Source: a virus (Duplodnaviria; Caudoviricetes). From it: a stretch of DNA of 55,956 bases. The first letter of the stretch is position 1, and each line of letters opens with the position of its first letter. The notes under the pieces were generated by a model that saw nothing but the letters and a program-made list of their open reading frames with translations, made no database searches and had not been told where the DNA came from. Shown here piece after piece: positions 1-9,317 of this stretch. The translations under genes were made by a program, and so were the position numbers. The stretch lies in the IMG/VR virus record IMGVR_UViG_3300032303_001999, positions 1 through 55,956 of that record; one strand, written 5' to 3'.

Positions 1-118
1 ATCGGTCATACCGAGTGCCGACCTCGAACCCCGCCTCCACGAGGCGTTTGCCTTCCAGCCAGATACGGCTCGTTCCCTTGCCGTGGTTAGTTCCAATTAT
101 GGTTAGTTGTGTTCTCAT
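1..118 (-). CDS. Partial gene (runs off window start); N-terminus resembles the leader domain of phage/ICE DNA cytosine-5 methyltransferases
   Basis: Own translation from ATG at 118: MRTQLTIIGTNHGKGTSRIWLEGKRLVEAGFEVGTRYDR. The R[IV]WLEGxxL..GF..G.RY pattern is recalled from that family. Any catalytic domain would lie outside the window. Confidence 0.5.
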   Translation of the reverse strand, partial: MRTQLTIIGTNHGKGTSRIWLEGKRLVEAGFEVGTRYDR

Positions 119-121
119 AAG

Positions 122-397
122 TTAGAGTCCTCTCGTGTTGCCGAGTTTGAATTGGCTGGATTGCTTGTTTCGGTGCGTACCCCTGTGCCGTCGGCGCACT
201 TGGGGAGCATCCTTCTTCACCCAAAAAAGAGTCTTGTTGTCGTGGTCGTAGGAAATGAGTTCGCCAGCACCTTCCCAGAGTCGGATGTAGTCCAAATAAG
301 CCTGTGCCAGCTTCAAGTCGGGGAAGGGGATGGAATAGCCGTCAATGGAGACGTTCCATTTGTCAGCGATGTATTTCAGAATTCCAACCTGGCTCAT
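122..397 (-). CDS. Hypothetical protein
   Basis: 91-aa ORF whose stop lies 3 nt before the next minus-strand ATG (118). Confidence 0.55.
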   Translation of the reverse strand: MSQVGILKYIADKWNVSIDGYSIPFPDLKLAQAYLDYIRLWEGAGELISYDHDNKTLFWVKKDAPQVRRRHRGTHRNKQSSQFKLGNTRGL

Positions 398-427
398 GGG
401 TTGGAGTACGCATCTGTTCCAAAAGCT

Positions 428-438
428 ATGCGTCGCCT
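428..438 (+). promoter_or_regulatory. ATGCG(A/T)CGCAT-type motif copy (ATGCGTCGCCT)
   Basis: 61 bp upstream of ATG 489; same spacing as five other copies. Confidence 0.7.
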
Positions 439-488
439 ATACGCAGAAACCTTTTGGCTTACTTAAGGGAATGGCCACATTTCGACCT

Positions 489-845
489 ATGGCATTTACA
501 AAAGCACCTTCGGGCTGGCTGGGGTCGGGTTACACCGTCTCGGGCAGCGGAACTACAGCCGCAATCAATTTTGGGATCAGCGGGAATACTGCGGTAGGAG
601 AAGCTTTTCCACAGATTACATCTGCCGAAGCAAACGCATCAACTGGCGACATCCGCATGGTTTACTACGGAATAGTGGAACAGCTTTACCAATCCTACTT
701 AGGTAAAGCCGACGCTGACAAACCTAACAGGATGACGTTGGGCAAGTCTTCTAGCGTCAACTCTACGACTGGGCTTATTACAACCAACTACAGCATTCAG
801 TTTGTTCTGCAGGCTACTGGGCTGGATGTAACTGCTGAAGCTTAA
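489..845 (+). CDS. Hypothetical, probably virion-associated protein
   Basis: G/S/T/A-rich ORF MAFTKAPSGWLGSGY...; start chosen at ATG 489 (alternative 471) from motif spacing. Confidence 0.6.
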   Translation: MAFTKAPSGWLGSGYTVSGSGTTAAINFGISGNTAVGEAFPQITSAEANASTGDIRMVYYGIVEQLYQSYLGKADADKPNRMTLGKSSSVNSTTGLITTNYSIQFVLQATGLDVTAEA

Positions 846-895
846 TTTTTCACCTTACGCTTGACCTCGCTTTTCGTGAGGGTACAAGAAATGGT

Positions 896-1351
896 GTGAA
901 GCTATATCAGATCGAGGGGATGCTCTCTTTAGAGCAGATGAAGAGGGAGCATCCCTTCACTATTTCTGGAATACTTACCGAGGACGAGAGCCTTGTGGCA
1001 TTGGTCGGGCCAAATGCTGAGAGCCAGACTTGGACGGCCATGATTTCGATTAAGAGGAATACAGATACGTGGTCAACTAGAGCCTTTCTTTGGTGTCACC
1101 TAGAGCCAATGGAGATTCTTTACCAAAAATGGGGAGTAGACGCCCTGCCTCCGTTTCAATGGGGCAAAATGAAACAAGCTCCAGGACATGGGTTAGAATG
1201 GCAGATCGAGGAGCAGGGGAAAGAGATGAGCGAAGCCTTGGACAAGACCCTTGGGAGTATTACTAAATGCAGACAAGGCACACGCTTGGCTTTGGCTCAC
1301 CTTAAAGCAGAGGCCGTCAGACTCGACGCCAGCCTTGTCGGGCTTAACTAA
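896..1351 (+). CDS. Hypothetical protein
   Basis: 151-aa ORF; TTGACC-N16-TACAAG (861-888) ends 7 nt before the GTG, a possible leaderless sigma70 promoter. Confidence 0.6.
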   Translation: MKLYQIEGMLSLEQMKREHPFTISGILTEDESLVALVGPNAESQTWTAMISIKRNTDTWSTRAFLWCHLEPMEILYQKWGVDALPPFQWGKMKQAPGHGLEWQIEEQGKEMSEALDKTLGSITKCRQGTRLALAHLKAEAVRLDASLVGLN

Positions 1352-1500
1352 TCATTTTTGATATAATCCCAGAGTATTTTTGCTATCAAACAAGATAGCG
1401 GAACTCGTTTTTTTGTTGCGTGTTTTTTTAGCGCCTCCTTAAGAAAGCTAGTCGCCCAGAATCCTATAAACTTTCGAGTAGGGTGACGCTTGTTCGGCAT
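1348..1500 (-). CDS. Ribbon-helix-helix (Arc/CopG-like) DNA-binding protein
   Basis: Not in ORF track. MPNKRHPTRKFIGFWATSFLKEALKKHATKKRVPLSCLIAKILWDYIKND has a beta strand FIGFW plus two helices and is divergent from the early operon. Confidence 0.65.
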   Translation of the reverse strand: MPNKRHPTRKFIGFWATSFLKEALKKHATKKRVPLSCLIAKILWDYIKND

Positions 1501-1511
1501 ACCTAGGCGTA

Positions 1512-1575
1512 GGTGCATACAACTTGCATGCCAACATTAAATCATGGTGTTCAACACCTTGCGGTGTTTTCCACC
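1512..1575. promoter_or_regulatory. Putative operator repeats GGTG-N5-CACC
   Basis: Perfect copies at 1546-1558 and 1563-1575, degenerate copy at 1512-1524, in the divergent intergenic region. Confidence 0.45.
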
Positions 1576-1624
1576 TGTTTTTAGATTTGCTGAATTAGCT
1601 GACTCTTGGCTTTATTCATGAGTT

Positions 1625-2254
1625 GTGAAGATTATCTTTACACATCCACATCCAGCTATAGGCCCAGAGGGGGTACGGGGGTGGTGTTTAAGCCCTATTA
1701 GTCATGGTTTTATGGCGATAGCGCACGGATCAGTACCCGATTGCATGAAGAAATTAAGGTATTGTCCCTCTCGGAGCGTAGTGGATTCTCCTTGGGGAGC
1801 ATTGCCAGTCGGGTTCAAGGCTGGGGCTGATTGCATCCTCACGGAGGTAGATGGACGTTGGTACGCCAAGTCGGAGAGGGGAACAAACACCTATCCGCTC
1901 TTCCACGAGGCACAGGTAGAATCGGAGTTCCAGCCAGTCCTGTCTTGTTGGCGAGGCTCTAGGAAGGGTTGTGTGGACTGCTCCAGAGCCTGTCCAGAGA
2001 TCGACCCCGCAGTCAAAGCTAGGCGTGAAGCCCTAATGTCGCCAGCTGTCGTGGCCTCCCAGAGGGCAAAAAAAAGAGTCGAAAGATTTTTGTTGTCATA
2101 CGAGCCCCATTTAGCAATATCTTCGGAATGTCTCTCCGAGAAAGTCTCCAATCTGATGAAAGTTTTGGGAGCAAAAGGTGGGAGAGTTAAGAGTGAAAAG
2201 AAGCGTCTCGCCGCAAAACAAAACGCACTCAAACGATGGAGTGCGAAGCGATAG
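1625..2254 (+). CDS. Hypothetical protein with basic C-terminal LGxKGG...AAxxNxxKRW motif
   Basis: 209-aa ORF; CxxCxxxC cluster; C-terminal motif recalled from small phage proteins. Confidence 0.6.
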   Translation: MKIIFTHPHPAIGPEGVRGWCLSPISHGFMAIAHGSVPDCMKKLRYCPSRSVVDSPWGALPVGFKAGADCILTEVDGRWYAKSERGTNTYPLFHEAQVESEFQPVLSCWRGSRKGCVDCSRACPEIDPAVKARREALMSPAVVASQRAKKRVERFLLSYEPHLAISSECLSEKVSNLMKVLGAKGGRVKSEKKRLAAKQNALKRWSAKR

Positions 2255-2582
2255 CAATCAAATTCGACACAATATTTACTCTCCGCAGAGAGTCCCGCTT
2301 GGGATCGACATAGTATTATCTGAGAGTGAAATCGCTCTCCCAACCGAAAAAAAATCCGAAGTAGAAAAAAATTTTTGGTCAACTGTATCGGTTGGCACTC
2401 GCAAGCCGTTAAAGGGAACGCTCTCCTCCCGCCTCTCTCCTCTTGTACTCGCAAAGCGTCTTGGATTCTCTCTCTGCCAAGTATTCGAGCTGATCGAAGC
2501 TGGCTCAATTATTTGCCGTAACGGCTTTATCCCCGATGAGGAGGCCGAACGCCTTCTCCAACCCAAAATAGAAAAAGTATAG
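2178..2582 (+). CDS. Putative HTH (excisionase-like) protein; start uncertain
   Basis: C-terminal LSPLVLAKRLGFSLCQVFELIEAGSI...IPDEEAERLL. Confidence 0.45.
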   Translation: MGELRVKRSVSPQNKTHSNDGVRSDSNQIRHNIYSPQRVPLGIDIVLSESEIALPTEKKSEVEKNFWSTVSVGTRKPLKGTLSSRLSPLVLAKRLGFSLCQVFELIEAGSIICRNGFIPDEEAERLLQPKIEKV

Positions 2583-2589
2583 GAGAACC

Positions 2590-3453
2590 ATGACTCAACA
2601 AATAATGACCCCAGAATTGTATACACAGCTTGCAGACCCAACTGCTTTGCATCGCCGCTCCATTGCAGTTGCCAACGCCGTCCGTGATGGAGTGCTTGGG
2701 CAGACCATCGAAATCCAAGGGAAGAAATACATCCAGTCCCCAGGTTGGGCGATGATGGCGAACGCATTCGGTTTTGTGGTCAGCGGCGGCGAGGTTCGCA
2801 AGGAAGGCGAAGGGTTCGTGGCCAAGGCATATCTAAAACGTGTGGATGACGGAGTAGTGGTGGCAGAGGCCGAAGGATATTGTGACCGCACAGAACCCCG
2901 CTGGAAGACGGCGGCCGAATACGCAATCCGCTCCATGGCCCAAACACGAGCGGCGTCCAAAGTTTGCAAGATGGCTCTGGCCAGTTGCGTGCCCTTGATG
3001 GGAGTAAAGAACCTCTCTGTCACGCCAGCCGAAGAAGTCCCAGAAGGTGGCTTTCCTTCTTCCTCTTCCTACGCAACCCCTGTGAAGATTGTTTCTACTC
3101 CAGCTCCAGCCCCAAGGCTTGAGATTGTTGAAGAGAAGGCGTTAAAGAAGGAATTTGCAGAAGCAATCGTGCGTGAAGAGAAGGCCTTGCCGAAGCGTGA
3201 TCCCAACGCCCCTGTGCGGGATATGGCTCTTACTTTCGGCAAGTATAAGGGTCAGACCATCCGCCAAATCGCCAAGGATGAGGATGGTCTTCGCTACCTA
3301 GAATGGCTGGCCTCCCAAGAGCTGAAATTGGCCAATGACGGCAAGCCCTTCAAAAAGGATGTCGAGCGAAACGAGATCATCGCCGAAGTTCTGATTGAAA
3401 ACCCCGAGAAGCCACAAGGACAAGGAGAGTCTGACGATGATCTCCCCTTCTGA
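2590..3453 (+). CDS. Putative ssDNA-annealing/recombination protein with C-terminal FGKYKG (DUF3820-like) domain
   Basis: AGGAGA SD; GKKY..GW..MANAFG, AEGYC...YAIRSMAQTRA motifs; LTFGKYKGQTI..YLEWL; adjacent to an exonuclease. Confidence 0.65.
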   Translation: MTQQIMTPELYTQLADPTALHRRSIAVANAVRDGVLGQTIEIQGKKYIQSPGWAMMANAFGFVVSGGEVRKEGEGFVAKAYLKRVDDGVVVAEAEGYCDRTEPRWKTAAEYAIRSMAQTRAASKVCKMALASCVPLMGVKNLSVTPAEEVPEGGFPSSSSYATPVKIVSTPAPAPRLEIVEEKALKKEFAEAIVREEKALPKRDPNAPVRDMALTFGKYKGQTIRQIAKDEDGLRYLEWLASQELKLANDGKPFKKDVERNEIIAEVLIENPEKPQGQGESDDDLPF

Positions 3454-3598
3454 TTTTTCGTTATGGAAGGAACTCTGGTCATGGATCAACACCATAGTCT
3501 TCTGTCTTTTAGGCGTGGGGCTTGGGGTGTCGGGCTTGGTTTTCTTGGTGGCTTGCTTTTGCGTCCTTATCGACTGGGCGCGGAAGGAGCTGAATTGA
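3437..3598 (+). CDS. Small membrane protein
   Basis: AAGGAG SD, ATG 3437, one long hydrophobic segment. Confidence 0.5.
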   Translation: MISPSDFSLWKELWSWINTIVFCLLGVGLGVSGLVFLVACFCVLIDWARKELN

Positions 3599-3609
3599 AA
3601 ATCAACAAA

Positions 3610-3792
3610 ATGAAGACTGCCTCTATCAAGGAGGCGATTAACAGGCTTGAGGCGATGCGTGACGGCAAGTGGACAACGGAACAAGACAAAAAAACTTGGT
3701 CTGAATTCCCCAAAGGCCGTGAAACCCAAAGCCACTACTACAAACATCTAAGAAACGAAATACAGGCGAGAGCCTCGGAGGGCGCAATATGA
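3610..3792 (+). CDS. Hypothetical protein
   Basis: MKTASIKEA...; ATGA overlap with next gene. Confidence 0.55.
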   Translation: MKTASIKEAINRLEAMRDGKWTTEQDKKTWSEFPKGRETQSHYYKHLRNEIQARASEGAI

Positions 3793-4874
3793 CATTTGAT
3801 GACGGACGGATGGGGCTTCCTAGTGCATCGAAGGCCGAGCGGTGGACAAACTGCGTCGGGTCGGTGCAGTTGGAAGAGCTGATCCCAGACGCAGAGCAGG
3901 GACCAGAGGCAAGGAGAGGGGATCGTATTCACTTCGCCTTGGCTGACGGAAAGGTCAATGACCTACCCAACGCCGACGAGGTGGAATGTGCCGAGTTGCT
4001 TCAAGAGATGGAGAAACAGGCTGTGGAAGCCTTCCGCCTTGAGGTCAAGGCTGTTGACGAAACCTTCAAGGGCAAGCTGACGGCCAGCAGGGAACAGCGA
4101 CTTGTTTTGAGGCGTGGGGAAACCCCGCTTATGACAGGGAAGCCCGACCTTGTTATGTGGACGGACACCATCGTTAAGCGTGGTCTGATCGTAGACTACA
4201 AGACAGGGATGGGGATCGTTCCCACCGAGAAGAGCCAACAGCTTCGGGTGTTGGCTTTCTTGGCGGCCGATGAATACGGACTGGAGGAGGTCTATGTGAC
4301 CATTCTCCAGCCCAACAACCCAATCGTTTTGCAGAAGATGACTCGGTCAGAGATCCGACTGGAGCGGGAACGCACCTTGTTGGCTTTGGACAGGATCGCG
4401 GATAAGTCTGCCTCCCGCCAAGTTGGCCCTTGGTGTCAGTACTGCAAAGCCACAGGGATTTGCCCAGAGGCACAGGAAGCCACAAAGACCCTCACGACCA
4501 CCTCAACCTCGGCGGTTATCGACCCCAGTCAGCTCCCAAGGCTTCTGGAGGTCTGCACCCTTGCCGAGTCCGTGATCGAGAATGTTCGCAAGAGGGCAAG
4601 GGAGATCCTTGACGCTGGAGGCGAAGTTCCTGGTTGGAAGCTAATCAATAGCAAGCGGAGATCCATCACCAGTTCTGCCTCTGCCTATCACCTCATCAAA
4701 GAGGCGTTCGGCGAGGAAGTGGCGATGGGGGCGTCTTCTGTTTCGTTGACCGATGCGACCAAGAGCTTGGCCACCAAGGCGGGTCTCAAGGAGAAGGAAG
4801 CAAAGGCAAAAATTGAGTCGGTGCTCGCCGACATCATTGAGATGAAAAATTCACAACGACTGATGAGGTCATAA
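3789..4874 (+). CDS. DUF2800 / Cas4-like PD-(D/E)XK exonuclease
   Basis: SASKAERWTNC, GDRIH, GKPD...IVDYKTG, QL, WCQYCKA..C Fe-S-like motif. Confidence 0.85.
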   Translation: MTFDDGRMGLPSASKAERWTNCVGSVQLEELIPDAEQGPEARRGDRIHFALADGKVNDLPNADEVECAELLQEMEKQAVEAFRLEVKAVDETFKGKLTASREQRLVLRRGETPLMTGKPDLVMWTDTIVKRGLIVDYKTGMGIVPTEKSQQLRVLAFLAADEYGLEEVYVTILQPNNPIVLQKMTRSEIRLERERTLLALDRIADKSASRQVGPWCQYCKATGICPEAQEATKTLTTTSTSAVIDPSQLPRLLEVCTLAESVIENVRKRAREILDAGGEVPGWKLINSKRRSITSSASAYHLIKEAFGEEVAMGASSVSLTDATKSLATKAGLKEKEAKAKIESVLADIIEMKNSQRLMRS

Positions 4875-4882
4875 GGAGAAAT

Positions 4883-5380
4883 ATGGAATCCACATCCGAT
4901 AAAGTTGCTAAATTGGTGGCTCAATCTGAGATTGCAAACATACAGGAGCAGATTTGGTCACAGCACAAAACGATTATGTTCCTTGAAGAGCGGGTCATTG
5001 CATTTGAGCGACTCGTGCAGGGATACACAAGCGTCACAAAGGACTTGGCCAAAGAGATTAAGTTTGCGGTAGCCGAACACAACAAGGTCGCCTTAGTTCG
5101 GCGAAGCAAGTGTGGCCGATATGGGCGCCGAGAAGGCGAAGTAGCAAAGCGATGGGCTGAATGGAAGGCTTTGGAGGAAAGCGGCAAAACAATCTACCAG
5201 ATTGCAGAGATTTGGAAGGTTGACCATTCAACTGTGGCTTACGCGAAGAAAAAGGGCTACTCGAACGCAAAAAGCTTGTTACCAGCCAGCCTAATTGGAC
5301 ACGAGATCGTTTCGCTTCCACCTACTCGCAAGGGTCATCGAAAGCACAGGAACAGGATGCAACTGAGGTTGGCGGCGTGA
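4883..5380 (+). CDS. Coiled-coil plus HTH DNA-binding protein
   Basis: SGKTIYQIAEIWKVDHSTVAYA helix-turn-helix; AGGAGA SD. Confidence 0.7.
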   Translation: MESTSDKVAKLVAQSEIANIQEQIWSQHKTIMFLEERVIAFERLVQGYTSVTKDLAKEIKFAVAEHNKVALVRRSKCGRYGRREGEVAKRWAEWKALEESGKTIYQIAEIWKVDHSTVAYAKKKGYSNAKSLLPASLIGHEIVSLPPTRKGHRKHRNRMQLRLAA

Positions 5381-5583
5381 AGGCAGACGATAAGGCAATC
5401 AAGGCCATTTCTAGCCTTAAGGAGTCAAACGCTACCTACCTTGTGCTTGTCGAGTTCCAAGAAAGCCCAGATGTGTTTGTGGACAGCCGTGGCGACCAGA
5501 CCAAGGGACAGCGAAGCAAGTTCATGCAAGCCCTGTACCACCATTGGTCTGGGCAACCCAAGAAGGAGGAAGACGATGAATAG
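5377..5583 (+). CDS. Hypothetical protein
   Basis: GTGA overlap with upstream gene. Confidence 0.55.
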   Translation: MKADDKAIKAISSLKESNATYLVLVEFQESPDVFVDSRGDQTKGQRSKFMQALYHHWSGQPKKEEDDE

Positions 5584-5848
5584 GCCTCAAAAAACCAAGC
5601 CCGAACAAGTCGTTGGATCCGCACGGAAGCAGACGAACTTCTGGCAGAACGTGGTCGCCCTGTACGCTTTTCGGTATGGGGCGATGGAGATTACCGAGGA
5701 GTGTGCTTTCGAAGTGCTAAAAAGCACTGAGCAAGCCGTCGTGGATCTGGATAGGACAGGGGAGAACCTTGTGGTGGCCCTTCGGGGTAACAAGCGGAGC
5801 GTTTTGCAGAAACTGAAAGCGTGCTGGCAGACATGGAATTCAAACTAA
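5576..5848 (+). CDS. Hypothetical protein
   Basis: GGAGG SD before ATG 5576; operon packing. Confidence 0.55.
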   Translation: MNRPQKTKPEQVVGSARKQTNFWQNVVALYAFRYGAMEITEECAFEVLKSTEQAVVDLDRTGENLVVALRGNKRSVLQKLKACWQTWNSN

Positions 5849-6231
5849 ACATCGAACCGAAGTCTATTCAGTCTGGCCTTCGCTTTTCGGGCAAGGGCGG
5901 GAGACCCCGTGTTTTCCGCAACCTTTCCAGTAAGGCTTATGTGCGGGAGCTGATATTTGCATCAAAGCAGTACGCCAAGGAGCAGATCCAAGGCCCATTG
6001 CGTTGCGATGTTACTTTTGTGCTAAAGCGCCCACAGAGGCTTAAGGCGAGTGGCCGTCAGCCAGCTCCAGTCAGGCCAGACCGCGATAACCTATTAAAAC
6101 CGCTCCAGGATGCCCTTACACAGGCGATGTTCTGGGTGGACGATAGCCAGATCGTTGCTGGCGAAACCCTTAAACTATATGCGGGCAAGACTGAAAAGCC
6201 CTGCATTGAGGTGAAGATTACAAAGCTATGA
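5833..6231 (+). CDS. rusA: RusA-family Holliday junction resolvase
   Basis: RPDRDNLLKPLQDAL...DDSQIV signature. Confidence 0.9.
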   Translation: MEFKLNIEPKSIQSGLRFSGKGGRPRVFRNLSSKAYVRELIFASKQYAKEQIQGPLRCDVTFVLKRPQRLKASGRQPAPVRPDRDNLLKPLQDALTQAMFWVDDSQIVAGETLKLYAGKTEKPCIEVKITKL

Positions 6232-7025
6232 AACTACCTTGGATAAAATTTTTCTCATCGGATTGGCTTTCGGACGAGGCATTGAGGTCTTGCTCGATTG
6301 CCGCCAGAGGCATGTGGATTGATTTGCTGGCTATGATGGCCAAATCCAATACTCACGGATTCCTACTTGTAGGAGATGTGCCAGCTTCAGTTGAGCAGAT
6401 TGCCAGAATTGTTGGCGAGCCCACAGACGTAACTAGGAAACTTCTACAGGAGCTTGAAAGAAATGGGGTGTTTTCTAGGGACGAGAACAACGTGGTTTAC
6501 TCTCGCAGAATGAAGCGCGATGAGGATTCTCGTAAATCCAACGCTGTTAGGCAGATGCGATACAAGGAGGCCCATAAGGAGGATGATAGCCCAAAAGTAA
6601 TAAAGTACTTTAAGCCATCAAAGTTTGAGTGGATGGAGTATGCAAAGACTATCGCTGGATGGAATGATGCCGAGAGTGCCTATGACTATTACGAGTCCAT
6701 AGATTGGAAGGCTGGCGGGGGGCGAGAAATTACGGATTGGAAGGCTGTTGCCAGAAACTGCGCCAGAAGATCTGAAAAGAAGCAAAACTCAGTAGAGGTC
6801 AAATTTGGTTCGTTTAAGCCAGCCCCAAGAGAAGCCAAGTCCGCATGCGAAAGTCCCAAACTTCAGCCAATCAATTATAATTCAGTTGATGTGGTGGCTG
6901 ACCTAGTCACCACAGCACTTAAAGAGGGCTTAAGTCTTTCCATGCTCAAGGCTTCGGCTCCCAAGGATATTTGGGAAAAAGCCTTTGAAATGGCCAAAGC
7001 AAAGGAGTCTCTATGCCCAGCATAA
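6228..7025 (+). CDS. Phage replication initiator protein
   Basis: N-terminal LPWIKFFSSDWLSDEALR.CS.AARGMWIDLL; C-terminal YDYY...WK.G...I.DWKA..R domain. Confidence 0.8.
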   Translation: MKLPWIKFFSSDWLSDEALRSCSIAARGMWIDLLAMMAKSNTHGFLLVGDVPASVEQIARIVGEPTDVTRKLLQELERNGVFSRDENNVVYSRRMKRDEDSRKSNAVRQMRYKEAHKEDDSPKVIKYFKPSKFEWMEYAKTIAGWNDAESAYDYYESIDWKAGGGREITDWKAVARNCARRSEKKQNSVEVKFGSFKPAPREAKSACESPKLQPINYNSVDVVADLVTTALKEGLSLSMLKASAPKDIWEKAFEMAKAKESLCPA

Positions 7026-7417
7026 CCACCAGAGAAAAGGTTAACGAGCTATCCCGCAAGAAGACGGAGTGGCTTGAGAACGAACTCAATTCTCCAGAGA
7101 TGCAAAGATCTATTCTTTCCGTTCTCAAGGAGGGCTTAAGTGCCGTGAAGTTCCAATGGGACGGCAAAAAGCAACAGGCAGACGAGGTCGTTGATTTCCC
7201 CACTAGGCTTAAATCTTGCGAGCTTGCTCTTGCCTACGCAATTGGGCGGCCGCTGGAGCGCCAGCAAATTATGGTTGCCCACCAGCAGATCAAGGATCCA
7301 TCAGAGCTGGTGAAAGGATCGCCAGCACTCAAAGAAGCCCTTCGAGAACTTCTCGATGAGAAGGACGAAATCCAAACCATAAAAGCACAAAACGCAAAAG
7401 AGGTCACAAAACAATGA
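7013..7417 (+). CDS. Hypothetical protein (possibly terminase small subunit-like)
   Basis: RLKSCELALAYAIGRPLERQQI segment resembles TerS-like C-termini; location away from TerL weakens this. Confidence 0.4.
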   Translation: MPSITTREKVNELSRKKTEWLENELNSPEMQRSILSVLKEGLSAVKFQWDGKKQQADEVVDFPTRLKSCELALAYAIGRPLERQQIMVAHQQIKDPSELVKGSPALKEALRELLDEKDEIQTIKAQNAKEVTKQ

Positions 7418-7728
7418 TAAGCCAACAGGATCTAACCACAGGAATGGTTGCGGCACTGGGGTTGCGAGTAAAAAAGGTGGAGGAACGAGTCGATATCCTT
7501 GAGGGGAAGCGCCTTGTCAAACCCACCGAAACCGATGACGACCAGCTTGAAAAGGAATGCCAGAATGTCGGCGTTTCGATGGACATCGTCCTTCGCCATG
7601 ACCGATACGGCGCTGGAGCTGATGCCCGATACCAAGTCGCTCGTAATTTAAGCAAGCTGGGATGGGACACACGAAGGATTTCTAGGGTTCTTCGTCGTTC
7701 AGTTCGGTCAATCCAGAGGATGATATGA
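7414..7728 (+). CDS. HTH DNA-binding protein
   Basis: GWDTRRISRVLRRSVRSIQRM C-terminal HTH. Confidence 0.6.
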   Translation: MISQQDLTTGMVAALGLRVKKVEERVDILEGKRLVKPTETDDDQLEKECQNVGVSMDIVLRHDRYGAGADARYQVARNLSKLGWDTRRISRVLRRSVRSIQRMI

Positions 7729-7904
7729 ATCTAAGCATGTGTGAACTAGACATTCTTTTATTCGTTCTGGAAAACAAGACCGTGCGGAGAGTGTTTATTA
7801 AAGAAGCCCGCAGTTGGGATCATAGCCTTGCAGATGCAAAGGCTATGCACCTAAACGTGCATAACGAGGTTTCAAAGTGCATGTCAAAGGCTGTAAATGA
7901 CTGA
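7725..7904 (+). CDS. Small hypothetical protein (59 aa)
   Basis: Own translation MNLSMCELDILLFVLENK...; fills gap with ATGA overlap. Confidence 0.5.
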   Translation: MNLSMCELDILLFVLENKTVRRVFIKEARSWDHSLADAKAMHLNVHNEVSKCMSKAVND

Positions 7905-8223
7905 ACCACTTCAAGCCTTAGACTTTATCCGAGATAACGCCTTGCCATTGGCACAGGCCAAGGCCAACCGCATCTATCTGGAGGAATTCAGAAAGACCAA
8001 GAAGGCTATTTTGATGCGGGACGCCAGCGACGATGGCATGGTCACAATCGCCGCCCAGGAGCGAGAGGCTTACTCCAACGAGGAGTACCAGAAGCTATTG
8101 CTTGGCTTGAAGGAAGCAGTTCAAGAAGAAGAGCGTCTGCGTTGGCTCATGGTTGCGGCTCAAGCCAAGATTGAGGTCTGGCGCTCATTTGAGTCATCCA
8201 AGCGGGCGGAGATGAGACTATGA
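7897..8223 (+). CDS. Conserved phage coiled-coil protein (UvsY-like)
   Basis: AQAKANRIYLEEFRK...QEREAY...IEVWRS pattern. Confidence 0.6.
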   Translation: MTEPLQALDFIRDNALPLAQAKANRIYLEEFRKTKKAILMRDASDDGMVTIAAQEREAYSNEEYQKLLLGLKEAVQEEERLRWLMVAAQAKIEVWRSFESSKRAEMRL

Positions 8224-8426
8224 GCGTAAAGAGGTTCTCAAGGCTCGTGGAGGCCCTGCGTTATGGGAATGAATCCCTGCGGAGCGTGGTAAAGTCTGCT
8301 CCAACCCCCATGGCTCATTCGCTACAGGAGTGCCTCAATCATTTTGAGACAACTGCCTTGATGGCAAAAGAATCATTGGAACACGCCAAAAGGCACAAAA
8401 AGAAGGCTTTGGAGACCCGCCTGTGA
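8220..8426 (+). CDS. Hypothetical protein
   Basis: Overlapping start/stop coupling on both sides. Confidence 0.55.
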   Translation: MSVKRFSRLVEALRYGNESLRSVVKSAPTPMAHSLQECLNHFETTALMAKESLEHAKRHKKKALETRL

Positions 8427-8944
8427 TAGCCGTAAGACTTGAGGGCTACGAGGTTGAGGTAGCGGTCCTTGTTGGCTCGTCTAGGAACAAGTCTGCTCTT
8501 AAAAAAGAGTCTAGGGATGTTTACGCATGTGACCCTGTGATGTCTTGGGGTCAACACGTTGAGGCCGCTGGGGCCGAAATGGCTGTGGCCAAGTATCTGG
8601 GGTTGTATTGGGACGGATCTGTGGACACATACAGGAGTGGGAGCGGGGATCTTCCCTATACGAATGTAGACGTAAAACATTCCAAGGACGGCAAATGGAA
8701 AGTTAAGGAAAGGGACGAGGGAGAGCTTATTTTGGTCAAGGGCACTATGCCCGACTACATTATTGATGCCTACTGCTTCACGGAAGAGATAAAGGAAACC
8801 ACCAGTCCGATGAATATAGGCGAAAGCAAGTTGTGGTTTGTGCCAGACATGGCAAAGCATCGGGACTTTAGCGGGCTTAGAAAAACTTTATGGAGGAGGG
8901 CTTTTGACGCACGACAGGCGTTCCCGCCCTGCGACACAAAATGA
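8423..8944 (+). CDS. Putative PD-(D/E)XK nuclease-like protein
   Basis: AGAEMAVAKYL...GD....VDVK motif. Confidence 0.55.
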   Translation: MIAVRLEGYEVEVAVLVGSSRNKSALKKESRDVYACDPVMSWGQHVEAAGAEMAVAKYLGLYWDGSVDTYRSGSGDLPYTNVDVKHSKDGKWKVKERDEGELILVKGTMPDYIIDAYCFTEEIKETTSPMNIGESKLWFVPDMAKHRDFSGLRKTLWRRAFDARQAFPPCDTK

Positions 8945-9093
8945 GGGCTATGGCATGGGTTCTTTATTGGATCGGTGACTTTATATCCAACACCATCCTT
9001 CGGTTTGGATGGGGCTATTCGATCTACAACAAGGCTATGACTTGGTCCTTGAGGCTTGATAAAAAAGACGAGATCTGGAAGAGGGTCAAATGA
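8941..9093 (+). CDS. Small hypothetical protein (50 aa)
   Basis: Own translation MRAMAWVLYWIGDFISN...; ATGA overlaps on both sides. Confidence 0.55.
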   Translation: MRAMAWVLYWIGDFISNTILRFGWGYSIYNKAMTWSLRLDKKDEIWKRVK

Positions 9094-9317
9094 CAAGCTA
9101 TCTGCCAAGCCCTCGATGGGTTCAGACGCCTTTAGGACAAGCCCTGTGGATTGCCACTATCGACTACGGGATCTCCCATAACCCTATTTACTTGGTTGAG
9201 GTCTGCTCGACAGGGGAGCACCGATGCGTGGACATGAGGGAGATTCGTGGGATGGAGAATTACACCTTTGATATAGATAGGCCAGAAATGCCAAGAAAGA
9301 GAGACGAGTGGATATGA
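9090..9317 (+). CDS. Hypothetical phage protein
   Basis: WVQTPLG...IDYG...TGE...NYTF; operon packing. Confidence 0.6.
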   Translation: MTSYLPSPRWVQTPLGQALWIATIDYGISHNPIYLVEVCSTGEHRCVDMREIRGMENYTFDIDRPEMPRKRDEWI

